Shown here: positions 1 through 8,869 of the stretch, in pieces | Layout of the letters: each line of letters opens with the position of its first letter | How positions within the stretch are numbered: position 1 is the stretch's first letter | From: Candidatus Heimdallarchaeota archaeon | GTDB taxonomy: Archaea > Asgardarchaeota > Heimdallarchaeia > JABLTI01 | NCBI GenBank assembly: GCA_030614005.1 | Contig: JAUWKS010000013.1 | Location: 1 to 32,000, forward strand | Reading direction: 5' to 3' | Length of the DNA stretch: 32,000 nt | The notes under the pieces: model-generated | The model's input: only the letters and a program-made list of their open reading frames with translations | Told to the model about the DNA's origin: nothing | Database searches by the model: none | Translations under genes and position numbers: made by a program

Positions 1-153
1 ACAAATTAGTTATGGATTAAAATAAATTGAAACTATTAGAAAACCTTCTAAAACCTTAAGGAAAGGAATAAATCACTTTAACAGAAAAAATAAAATAGGT
101 GCTGTTTAGCATACAACCATATAGACGCAGAGAAAAGTTTCGAGGCACAACCA

Positions 154-462
154 ATGAGTATAGAAAAAATACGAGAAGCAGAAAAACAGGCTGAAAAAAC
201 AATTGTTGGTTCAAGACAGAAATCTCAAGAACAAATAAGGGATGCACAAATAGAATCAAAGAAAATGCTGGAAGAAGCTAAGAAAGATGCTCAAAAAGAA
301 TTTGAGAAACTACAAGCTCAATCTACAAAGAATATTGAGAAAGAACAGAAAAAATCTCAAGTTGTTATAGAGAAATCTATTGCAGAAATTACCGAATCTA
401 GCAAGAAGAAGCATAAAGATGCAGTCAAGATTATTGTTGACAATGTAACAACAATTGATTAA
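154..462 (+). CDS. A/V-type ATP synthase peripheral stalk subunit H (G-like)
   Basis: 102-aa coiled coil starting with the typical IEKIREAEKQAEKTI pattern, ending KDAVKIIVDNV; directly upstream of ATPase subunit F. Confidence 0.75.
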   Translation: MSIEKIREAEKQAEKTIVGSRQKSQEQIRDAQIESKKMLEEAKKDAQKEFEKLQAQSTKNIEKEQKKSQVVIEKSIAEITESSKKKHKDAVKIIVDNVTTID

Positions 463-471
463 AATTAGAGA

Positions 472-852
472 ATGATTCTAGGATTGAATGAAATGAAAAT
501 TGTAAGTATGACTAGCGCTGAAATCGCAATGGGTTTGCGATTAGGTGGGTTAAAAGACTGCCATGTTGTAGAAAACCCAGAAGAATGTGGTGATTTGCTT
601 ATTGAGTTATCACAAGATACTAATATTGGCATCTTACTAGTAGATGATGGCATTGCTAGAATACATCACAAACTTATAGATCAAATCAGAGCAAACAAAA
701 AGACTTTTCCAATTATTGTAGAAATTCAAACTACAGCCAAAACAGGAGCAGGTGAAGGCATCGACCCACTCAAGGATCTTATCAAACGAGCAATTGGTGT
801 TGATATCTCTGCAGAGAAAGAGCAAGAAGAGCAAACACCGGCAATCAAATAA
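472..852 (+). CDS. atpF: A/V-type ATP synthase subunit F
   Basis: AMGLRLGG, DTNIGILLVDD, FPIIVEI and IDPLKDLIKRAIGVDI motifs typical of archaeal subunit F; start may be the later Met (MKIVSM). Confidence 0.9.
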   Translation: MILGLNEMKIVSMTSAEIAMGLRLGGLKDCHVVENPEECGDLLIELSQDTNIGILLVDDGIARIHHKLIDQIRANKKTFPIIVEIQTTAKTGAGEGIDPLKDLIKRAIGVDISAEKEQEEQTPAIK

Positions 853-900
853 CAACTACTTTTCAATTCTTCTTTTACACTAGCTTTTCTTTTTCATTTT
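853..900 (+). terminator. T-rich archaeal-type terminator after the ATPase H-F pair
   Basis: Run of oligo-T tracts (cttttcaattcttcttttacactagcttttctttttcattttt) right after the atpF stop. Confidence 0.4.
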
Positions 901-956
901 TGTTGTAGCAACTATCATTAAATTAGACAGCAAGTATAGTTTCAGGTTGAATAGGC

Positions 957-2987
957 ATGTATAAGAAAAAAATCAACACTAAACCATTTTTGGGTGCACT
1001 AAAACTCAATTGGTGTGATCAATGTAATTTACCTATTCTAGATAAAAAACGATGTGGCAAATGTGGTTCTGAAACAAGAAAAGTGAAGCATGCTCCTCCT
1101 GGTGATGTTCGCCCAGCTTTTGAAAAAGACATCGTGAGAATAAGTGCGATAATTGATGACAAATTTGGTGTTGGAAGCTCAGAAGCTCTCGGGCTAAACA
1201 GACAGCGATTGGTTTTATTGAATGAAGTCGGTTTCGATGATTTAATGGATGAGATAATTATTGATGGAGTAGTTGTTGGGTCCATTAGATATCTTTTACA
1301 ATTAGAGGACTGGGATTTCTTTCCAAGATTAATTGGTGCTCAAAGAATTTTTGAACGAGATTCTCCACATAAGAAAAAACAAGTAACTGTGGACGAAGGT
1401 GCAGTAAAATACATCGCTGATGGAGCAAATGCGCTAGCTCCTGGTATCAAGGATATTGATCCTCATCTAAGAAAAAGTGAGGCGGTGGTAGTACTCAGTC
1501 CCACTGGAAAGGTCCTTTCTACAGGAACAATGAGAATTAATGCTAATGAATTGAAGGAAAAAAAGAAAGGTACTGTAGCGAAACCAAAACATTTTCTGAG
1601 GAAAATCCCAGAACCAACCAATCCAAATACTGCGGCTCCAAACCAAACTTGGGATGAAGCAGTAGTTGCGAATACTATTACACTACAAGAATATGAAGTT
1701 AGAGCATTGAGAGGAATACAAAGGGTCATCGATAGAAATCCTAAATTGCCCCTCTCTGTTTCATTTAGTGGTGGTAAAGATTCCCTGGTTTGTTTAGGAT
1801 TAGCTCGTAAGCTAACTGACATCGATTTTAAAATTATCTTTTTGAATACTGGTTTAGAGTTTCCTGAAACTCTACAGTATATCGAAGAAGTTATTTCTAA
1901 ATATAATTATGATGATCGATTCTGTCGAATGGACATTCCTACAGAAAAATTTTGGCAAAATGTAGAAAAATATGGTCCCCCTGGAAAGGACTACCGTTAT
2001 TGTTGTAAAATATTAAAAATTGGCCCAATTAATGATTTAATTGAGAAATGCATAGGACAAAAGACCCTAAGCCTAATAGGGCAAAGAGCATACGAAAGCA
2101 GAGCAAGAGCAGAAAGCAAAATTGTGTGGACTAATCCATGGATTCCCAACCAACTAAACTTCACACCAATTCAAAAATGGACTGCGCTGCATGTTTGGTT
2201 ATACATTTTCAAAGAAAAACTAGATTATAATCCATTATACGAAAGAGGTTTTGCAAGAATTGGTTGTTGGTTGTGTCCTGCTAGTAATCAAGGGACATTT
2301 GAAATAATCAAAAAGGTTAGTCCTAATCTTTGGTCTGAATGGAATAGTTTCCTAGAAAATTGGCGTGAAAAAAATAATTTGCCAAAAGAGTGGCTCACTT
2401 GGGGTTTGTGGCGTTGGAAGAAATTGCCAAAGAAAATATTCGACCTCGCAAACGAACAAAACATTACGTTAGATTATGAGAAGCGCGTTCAAAAAGAACC
2501 CGGTGATTGGGATTTGCAGTTTCAATTGATAGAGGGTTTTGCTACATGCAAATCAGGTGATTTGATTTTTGAAGGGACATTTGATTCCGCTTTAAATCTC
2601 ACCCGTTTACAACAATTCTGGGAAATTTTCAGCGAAACTGATTTTGATGAAAACCTCGGAATTTTAAGAGGGGTTGCATCTGATGATATTTCAGTTACTT
2701 TATCAGCAGATGGAGCTTTAACCGCTAGTGGACGCGATGCAAGAAAGATTGAAGTTCTTTTGAAAAAACTTATCCTAGAGGTCTTTCGATCAGAGGAATG
2801 TACCGGTTGTCGTGTCTGTATATCACATTGTCCCACAAAAGCAATTGTTATGAATGAAGACTACAATCAAGTTGAGATTACTGAAGATCTTTGTAATCAA
2901 TGCGGTGACTGTCACAATAGATGTCCAGTAATAAAATTTGGTCATACTGAAATTGAAACAATTTTCTTAGAAGATGAGAAAGAGTAG
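957..2987 (+). CDS. PAPS-reductase-family PP-loop protein with N-terminal Zn ribbon, PUA domain and C-terminal 2x[4Fe-4S] ferredoxin
   Basis: CDQC/CGKC ribbon; PUA-like VTVDEGAVKYIADGANALAPGI; PP-loop SFSGGKDS; RYCCK and RIGCWLCP; CTGCRVCISHCP and CNQCGDCHNRCP. Confidence 0.9.
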   Translation: MYKKKINTKPFLGALKLNWCDQCNLPILDKKRCGKCGSETRKVKHAPPGDVRPAFEKDIVRISAIIDDKFGVGSSEALGLNRQRLVLLNEVGFDDLMDEIIIDGVVVGSIRYLLQLEDWDFFPRLIGAQRIFERDSPHKKKQVTVDEGAVKYIADGANALAPGIKDIDPHLRKSEAVVVLSPTGKVLSTGTMRINANELKEKKKGTVAKPKHFLRKIPEPTNPNTAAPNQTWDEAVVANTITLQEYEVRALRGIQRVIDRNPKLPLSVSFSGGKDSLVCLGLARKLTDIDFKIIFLNTGLEFPETLQYIEEVISKYNYDDRFCRMDIPTEKFWQNVEKYGPPGKDYRYCCKILKIGPINDLIEKCIGQKTLSLIGQRAYESRARAESKIVWTNPWIPNQLNFTPIQKWTALHVWLYIFKEKLDYNPLYERGFARIGCWLCPASNQGTFEIIKKVSPNLWSEWNSFLENWREKNNLPKEWLTWGLWRWKKLPKKIFDLANEQNITLDYEKRVQKEPGDWDLQFQLIEGFATCKSGDLIFEGTFDSALNLTRLQQFWEIFSETDFDENLGILRGVASDDISVTLSADGALTASGRDARKIEVLLKKLILEVFRSEECTGCRVCISHCPTKAIVMNEDYNQVEITEDLCNQCGDCHNRCPVIKFGHTEIETIFLEDEKE

Positions 2988-3032
2988 TCCTAGACCACAA
3001 CGATCTAGTCCTATTACTTATCGATTTTCTTT

Positions 3033-3374
3033 CTATTTTGATTTTAGAAACATAATTGCTTTAGCCATATCCCCATCACATTCAAGAAGAGCATCTTCAG
3101 CTTCTTTTTCTGAAGCTCCTGTTTGTGAGGCAACTAATGCAATATCTTCATCCGATATTTCAATTTCAATAATTTCTACGTCAGTTCGATTTCTTTTTTT
3201 TGCATTTCCAGAAATTTGGTACACTTCTTGACCCATGTTCATTTTTGTTACTTCTGCTCTTGGGATAGCAAGCTCATAATCAGAAAAACGTATGATAACT
3301 TCCTCAACACCTTCGAGTTCCTGCATTTTCATCTTTTTCATCATTTTTTGAAGATCACGTGGATTTATGCCCAT
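3033..3374 (-). CDS. nac: Nascent polypeptide-associated complex protein (archaeal NAC, NAC+UBA domains)
   Basis: MGINPRDLQKMMKKM, VEEVIIR, YQISG, and C-terminal UBA EEDIALVASQTGASEKEAEDALLECDGDMAKAIMFL. Confidence 0.95.
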   Translation of the reverse strand: MGINPRDLQKMMKKMKMQELEGVEEVIIRFSDYELAIPRAEVTKMNMGQEVYQISGNAKKRNRTDVEIIEIEISDEDIALVASQTGASEKEAEDALLECDGDMAKAIMFLKSK

Positions 3375-3532
3375 TATATATCGCCTTTATTGTTTAGCCT
3401 TATTTTCAGTACTACATCAAAACTATTTCTATTTTTAGTTTTCCCTATTTACGATTAACATTTGGAATATTTTTCAAAAAAAGTAATCTTGGGAAGTAAA
3501 TTTCCCATAATACACTATATGAAATCTTGCAT

Positions 3533-3910
3533 TTAATAAGAAGCTACATCTACACGCCATTCATCATTGTCATCTTTATCTTTGACTATATGAATAGGCA
3601 CTTGACCTGAGCCTTGTTTTTTTCCTTCTTTATTCAAACGATGGAAGAATAATTTTACTTTTTTATCCGTACTTTGCCTTTCATCTTTAAGTTTGAACTT
3701 GTAAGAATATTCTAGTTCATCTACATACTTTCTGCCAGTTTTCCAATAAAAATCTGGAGAAGAACCATATCTATCTGCTTGTCCTTGATGGAATTTTCGC
3801 ATGGTTTTCAACCATTCGTCTCTATTGTTTTCCATTAGCAAATTGTAATGCAAAGTAGCGATTTCTTCGGGACTCATCCCAGGTTTAACTTTATCTGCCA
3901 TGATAATCAA
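3533..3910 (-). CDS. Hypothetical protein, possible NTF2-like/DUF4878-like fold
   Basis: Codirectional with mtnA; SPEEIATLHYNLL helix and VPIHIVKD...EWRV end resemble NTF2-like patterns; probable start at Met4 (3901). Confidence 0.55.
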   Translation of the reverse strand: MIIMADKVKPGMSPEEIATLHYNLLMENNRDEWLKTMRKFHQGQADRYGSSPDFYWKTGRKYVDELEYSYKFKLKDERQSTDKKVKLFFHRLNKEGKKQGSGQVPIHIVKDKDDNDEWRVDVASY

Positions 3911-3970
3911 CTAGTTCATTTATCAAAAATAACCGAAAAATCTTTGTTTTAACGCATTTGTAAGATAAAT

Positions 3971-5083
3971 TCATCCAAAAAATCGTTTAATTGATTGTTC
4001 AAGTGGTTGTTGCAATATTTCTGTGGGAGTAATTATTCCTGATATATTCTTTGCTGGAGTAATATCAAAGGCAGGATTGACATTTTGTGAAAATGGATGA
4101 TGGATAATTCTCCTTTTTGCTTTTGTTTCATTTATTGAATCTATACTCATAGCTGTTCGAACTTCTTCTCCACTACGTTCTTCAATAATTATCTCTTTAC
4201 CAGATGCTGTTTTCAAATCAAAAGTACTTCTTGGTGCAGCAACGTAAAATGGTACTTTATGTTCTTTACAAAGAACACTTAGAGTGTATGTACCAATTTT
4301 ATTTGCTATATCCCCGTTGCTTACTATTCTATCAGCTCCAACTATGACCAAATCGATTTTACCCTGACTAATTAAATGACCTGCTGCTCCATCAGCATTT
4401 ATGAAATGCTCAATTCCTTCATTGTGAAGTTCCCAAGCGGTTAGTCTTCCACCCTGAATTCTGGGTCTTGTTTCATTTACATAGACAGTAATTTCTTTTC
4501 CAACTTCGTTTGCCTTTCTTATGGGCGCTAATGCCGTACCAAAATCAATCGTAGCTAGTGCTCCAGCATTACAGATAGTCATTATTGTACACTTATCTGC
4601 AATTAATCGATTGCCAACTTCACCTATTCCTCTACATTCCTCTAGTGTTTCCTTGACAATGGTTTCGACCATGGATTTAACGGACTCGATATTTTTGGTT
4701 ACAGAAAGACTTGAATCCAAAACTGCCTCGAGACGATATAGAGCATTGAATAAATCTACAGCAGTTGGTCGTGTCTTTGCTAGCTCCTCTGAAGCATTTT
4801 TCAGTTTCTTTTCAAGTTGGGAAAAATCTTCGCCAATAAAAGCATTCGCTGCTTGAAGTATACCATATGCAGCAGTTATTCCAATCAAAGGTGCCCCTCG
4901 TACAACCATTTCTTTAATAGCAAAACACGTTTGTTTAAGGTCTTTTGCTTGGAAAATTTCAAAAGAAAAAGGTAGCTTACGTTGATCTATTGCATTAATT
5001 GTTCCTTTCTCATCCAACCAAATAGAATGGAAATTTTTAATTTCTTTGTTGATTATAACTTTCAAATCTGAGTGCCCAACCAT
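3971..5083 (-). CDS. mtnA: S-methyl-5-thioribose-1-phosphate isomerase (eIF-2B family)
   Basis: IDQRKLP, MVVRGAPLIG, TRPTAVDL, TICNAGALAT, ETRPRIQGGRLTAWEL, GADRI-NGD-ANKIGTY, NPAFDITP. Confidence 0.92.
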   Translation of the reverse strand: MVGHSDLKVIINKEIKNFHSIWLDEKGTINAIDQRKLPFSFEIFQAKDLKQTCFAIKEMVVRGAPLIGITAAYGILQAANAFIGEDFSQLEKKLKNASEELAKTRPTAVDLFNALYRLEAVLDSSLSVTKNIESVKSMVETIVKETLEECRGIGEVGNRLIADKCTIMTICNAGALATIDFGTALAPIRKANEVGKEITVYVNETRPRIQGGRLTAWELHNEGIEHFINADGAAGHLISQGKIDLVIVGADRIVSNGDIANKIGTYTLSVLCKEHKVPFYVAAPRSTFDLKTASGKEIIIEERSGEEVRTAMSIDSINETKAKRRIIHHPFSQNVNPAFDITPAKNISGIITPTEILQQPLEQSIKRFFG

Positions 5084-5827
5084 TTATTCTGAGTCTATTG
5101 GTAACTCACAAAAGATATAGGTGTTTTTCTCTCCAACTTCATCACTGAATTTTTTCATTGATGGTTTCCATTTATCCCCAATTCCAGCTAAAATAAATAT
5201 ACCACCTACCTTTGCCATAGACTTCTTAACCAGCTCATACATCATTTTTAGAGTTGTACCAGTTCGGCAACTATCTTCAATTATTAAAACTCGATCGTCT
5301 AATGTGAGTAAACCTTTTGGGAGATTCAGGGACAAAAGTTCTCCTGTTGACTCTTGAGGATAATGAACTTTAACGAATTCTCTTACACCTAGATCACGTG
5401 TTCGTTTTGCAATTGCAATATCAACACCTAATTCTGTTGCTAAATGGACTCCCATCGGTAACCCTTCTGGTGCAACTACTCCAATTTTCGTTATACCTGC
5501 ATCTTTGAAATTATCTGCAACATATTGGGCTACGAGCTTTAACAAAGAGGTATTTCCTAATAACATAGTAGTATCAAAATATCCTCTGAAAAATACTAGC
5601 TGATCTTTTACAAGCTGTTCAACATTAAGATTTCTTTTAGCGATTACAATTATTTCATCCGCTCGTTCCGATGCGGGAAGAACATGACCTTTGATATATC
5701 TATTTAGTACTACCTTGGAATAACCCATAATTGAGCTTAATTCTTCGTACGAATGGTATCGCTTGAGCATCCTGAGGAGCTCGATTGAGCGGATTCTTTT
5801 TCGGAGGTCATCCAGATAGGTTGTCAT
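5084..5827 (-). CDS. HTH + phosphoribosyltransferase fusion (archaeal PurR-like regulator / APRT-like)
   Basis: N-terminal HTH (YEELSSIMGYSKVVLNRYIKGHVLP) followed by a PRT fold with PRPP loop VLIIEDSCRTGTT; its TAA abuts the mtnA ATG (TAAATG). Confidence 0.85.
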   Translation of the reverse strand: MTTYLDDLRKRIRSIELLRMLKRYHSYEELSSIMGYSKVVLNRYIKGHVLPASERADEIIVIAKRNLNVEQLVKDQLVFFRGYFDTTMLLGNTSLLKLVAQYVADNFKDAGITKIGVVAPEGLPMGVHLATELGVDIAIAKRTRDLGVREFVKVHYPQESTGELLSLNLPKGLLTLDDRVLIIEDSCRTGTTLKMMYELVKKSMAKVGGIFILAGIGDKWKPSMKKFSDEVGEKNTYIFCELPIDSE

Positions 5828-6039
5828 AATTATGCACCATTTGAAGTGATTAAAAACTAAAACATCCTTTCAAAAAAGTTGAAGTTAAATTAACACTTTC
5901 ATGTAAATAAATAGACTTGTTTGTATTTAATGTTTATTCAAAAGTGGATAATTTCTTACTTTTGGATATCTTTTTTTACTACTAATGTTTCATATCAAGC
6001 AATTTAATTCTCTACCAATAAAACCTGCTGTGATAAAAT

Positions 6040-7209
6040 ATGTTTGAAGAACAAGAGAAAATTTTGAAGGAAGAATTTCCACAATTACTGGATAGAGTCT
6101 GGTTGAACAGTTCTGCTTTTGTACCTCATGCAAAGTCCGTAGTAAAAGCAATGCATCAATTCATCAATTATTTTCATGATCCTACTATTGGAGAAGCAGT
6201 CGATAATCACTTCCGGGATGTTACAAATGATACAATGGATGGTGCTGCAAAATTATTCAAATGTAAATCTGATGATGTTTCACTGGTTATTAACACTGCT
6301 CATGGATTGAATTTTCCTTTACTGGGTATCGATTGGGAAAAAGGAGATAATATTGTTACAAGTGAATTGGAGTTCCCAACAAATTATTACCCTTGGAAGT
6401 ATATTAGTAGACGAAAACAGGTTGAGCTTCGTGAAGCAAAGATAAATGAGAAACTGCAAATCAGCGAAGATGAAATTATTGAGCTGATAGATGATAAAAC
6501 CAAACTAGTTGCTCTTTCATTAGTTCAATTTAATACAGGTCAAAGGGTGGATCCTAAGAGAATTACCAAAGTAGCACATGATCATGGGGCGCTGGTTGCA
6601 TTTGATGCAATACAAGCATGTGGAGCAACTGAAGTCTATCCTAAAGAAATGGGTGCTGATTTTCTAAGTGCAGGTGGACCAAAATACTTGATGGGTCCAT
6701 TAGGTATTGGTTTATGTTATATTAGTTCAAACGTAGTTGAATCAATGGAACCACCAATGCAAGGTACTGGCAATTATGACTTTACAGATGGTGACTGGAT
6801 GAATAGAGAAAAACCATATCACAAAGGAGCCAAACGTTTCCAAAATGGAACTGTACCGTTCTATTGTGTTGCAGGATTAAATGCTTCATTGAAACTGATT
6901 AACTCGATTGGCATTGAAACAGTTTCTAAACACAATCATTCTCTGATAGAACAACTGATAGAAGGATTAGAAGAGCTTGATTTACAAATTATTACTCCCT
7001 ATGAATCCTCACGTAGAGGGGTTTTAGTTCACGCTCGTGTTGATAAAAGCAAAGATTTGAATAAAATCGTTGAAACCATGGAAGAAAAACACAAAGTAAC
7101 TATATCAACAAGATATGATGGTCTGCGATTTTCAGTTCACTTATATAATACTGAAGACGATATTCAGAAGGGTCTCGTAGCTCTTAAGCACACTCTGAAG
7201 GAAATTTAA
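6040..7209 (+). CDS. PLP-dependent aminotransferase class V (cysteine desulfurase/C-S lyase-like)
   Basis: WLNSSA, NTAHGLN, DAIQACG, SAGGPKYLMGPLGIG (PLP lysine), LRFSVHLYNT. Confidence 0.9.
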   Translation: MFEEQEKILKEEFPQLLDRVWLNSSAFVPHAKSVVKAMHQFINYFHDPTIGEAVDNHFRDVTNDTMDGAAKLFKCKSDDVSLVINTAHGLNFPLLGIDWEKGDNIVTSELEFPTNYYPWKYISRRKQVELREAKINEKLQISEDEIIELIDDKTKLVALSLVQFNTGQRVDPKRITKVAHDHGALVAFDAIQACGATEVYPKEMGADFLSAGGPKYLMGPLGIGLCYISSNVVESMEPPMQGTGNYDFTDGDWMNREKPYHKGAKRFQNGTVPFYCVAGLNASLKLINSIGIETVSKHNHSLIEQLIEGLEELDLQIITPYESSRRGVLVHARVDKSKDLNKIVETMEEKHKVTISTRYDGLRFSVHLYNTEDDIQKGLVALKHTLKEI

Positions 7210-7256
7210 CCCCTTTCCTCCCCTTTTTTGTCCCTTCATTTGCTTACCTTTTTTAG
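7210..7256 (+). terminator. Pyrimidine/T-rich terminator
   Basis: ccctttcctcccctttttt...ccttttttag immediately after the stop. Confidence 0.4.
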
Positions 7257-7335
7257 TGTTTCATGGATAATTAATTTATAGAGTCGATAGTAATTAAGAA
7301 CAGAAGTAACCATTTATCTTAGATGAGGTTAAGCG

Positions 7336-8244
7336 ATGAAACAAAAAATCGAAATAAATACTATGATTGCTAGAAATGTCTATACATCGGAGTCATTTGA
7401 TTTTGTTAAAAAAGTGGTAGAAATTTTTTGTAAGGATACTATCCCTAAAAAAGCAAATGAAATACACCGGCAAAATAAACTCAATCATTATACTGATGAA
7501 TTTCGATTATATGGCACTAAAGAAAAGGGCATTAAATATCACTCTTATTACAAAATAGCTGACACTAAACAAGAAAAATCAAGCATTTATACTCATACTA
7601 ACGAAACATTTGGTTATGCTGATTTTTGGATAAAATTTACTCTAAGTTCTCACGATGGTCTTATTCTAGAAATAGATATTGCGGACAAAGAAAAAGCAGA
7701 AAGCATTATTGAATTATTTGAGAAGGATTTTGGCTATAGTCGAGAGCAAACAAAGGAAGAAGTATTTGATGAAATTATTCACGATCTTCGTACGAGAGGT
7801 TCTGAAAGGAAAGGTGAATATGGCATCGAAATGGGTTTAACTGCTATCCAAATATATCCGGATGATTTCTGGGCACAATTCTACTTGGGTTTATCTTATG
7901 CCCTTAACAATCAGCACAAAGAAGCTATCAATCATTTAGAAGCTGCAACGAAAATCGATCCAAAAAGTTATGATGTTTTTTATAATTTAGCAAAAAGCTA
8001 TTTGGAAGTAGATCAATTAAAAAAAGCCAAAAAAGCTATTCTGCATGCAAAATCTCTAGCTGAAAATAATCATGTAATTATCTATTACCTTGCACTAATT
8101 CTTGACAAAATGGATGCTAAAGAGGACGCAATAAAATATTACAAGAAGACTTTGGAAACATCTCCTGAGAAAAAACCCAGTGATAAACGAACAGGTAAAA
8201 GTTATCTAAAAGAAGCACAAAAGCGATTAAAAGAATTAGAATAG
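7336..8244 (+). CDS. TPR-repeat protein with uncharacterised N-terminal alpha/beta domain
   Basis: TPR-like repeats AQFYLGLSY...A..IDP, VFYNLAKSY, IIYYLALIL in the C-terminal half. Confidence 0.8.
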   Translation: MKQKIEINTMIARNVYTSESFDFVKKVVEIFCKDTIPKKANEIHRQNKLNHYTDEFRLYGTKEKGIKYHSYYKIADTKQEKSSIYTHTNETFGYADFWIKFTLSSHDGLILEIDIADKEKAESIIELFEKDFGYSREQTKEEVFDEIIHDLRTRGSERKGEYGIEMGLTAIQIYPDDFWAQFYLGLSYALNNQHKEAINHLEAATKIDPKSYDVFYNLAKSYLEVDQLKKAKKAILHAKSLAENNHVIIYYLALILDKMDAKEDAIKYYKKTLETSPEKKPSDKRTGKSYLKEAQKRLKELE

Positions 8245-8274
8245 AGAAAATAAATTGAAAGTGAGGAGATTGAT

Positions 8275-8673
8275 TTATTCAATTCCTCTAAGATCTTGGT
8301 GTTGCAAGTATTTATTTTGAACACTTTTGCTTAAATCACCAATATTTGATGAAGATAAAACGCTTAACTGCGCTTTTACGCCGATTCGTTCACCGCTTGC
8401 TATTTGCATTCCAGACCTGCTTGCAGTATCTGCACGTCTTCGATCAGTTCTTTGGATGATAATCCCTGAACCTTTGGCATATACTAATGTCCATTTGTTT
8501 TCGACTTTCTCATATAACAATACTGCATCAGAACCATTTTGACTAGCATATTTTTCTAATTTATCAGGTTCATTACTAAGATAGGTGAAATATTGTTCTG
8601 CAATGTCAGATTTTTCGATTTCTTTGAATTCGTCTTTATCTCTTGTATAGATAAAACAGTGTTTATTACTCAA
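8275..8673 (-). CDS. Hypothetical protein, possible divergent gelsolin-like domain
   Basis: TTG-start 132-aa ORF filling an otherwise empty gap; strand-strand-helix pattern DAVLLYE-KWTLVY-KGSG-IIIQRTDRRRA. Fold call is tentative. Confidence 0.5.
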   Translation of the reverse strand: MSNKHCFIYTRDKDEFKEIEKSDIAEQYFTYLSNEPDKLEKYASQNGSDAVLLYEKVENKWTLVYAKGSGIIIQRTDRRRADTASRSGMQIASGERIGVKAQLSVLSSSNIGDLSKSVQNKYLQHQDLRGIE

Positions 8674-8869
8674 GTGTAATCAGACTCCAAGTTGTTAAAT
8701 TTTTAAGACTTTTTCAAGTTGATTTTTAATGTTGTATTTTGAATGATTTTCTAATAAAACCATTAACGAAATACTATTTCGAAAATGTCCTTTTTAACAT
8801 ATTGCTTTCGGTAAATTCGAACAACAAGAAATCTGCGGATGTTTTTGCTAGAAAAAAAGCGCATCAAAT

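Noticed and set aside
56-259. Minus-strand hydrophobic ORF (also 465-653 and 637-855)
   Set aside because: Antisense to the well-supported ATPase H and F genes.
1019-2836. Antisense ORFs 1019-1285, 1463-1822 and 2522-2836
   Set aside because: They overlap the motif-rich PAPS/PUA gene on the opposite strand and have no recognisable motifs.
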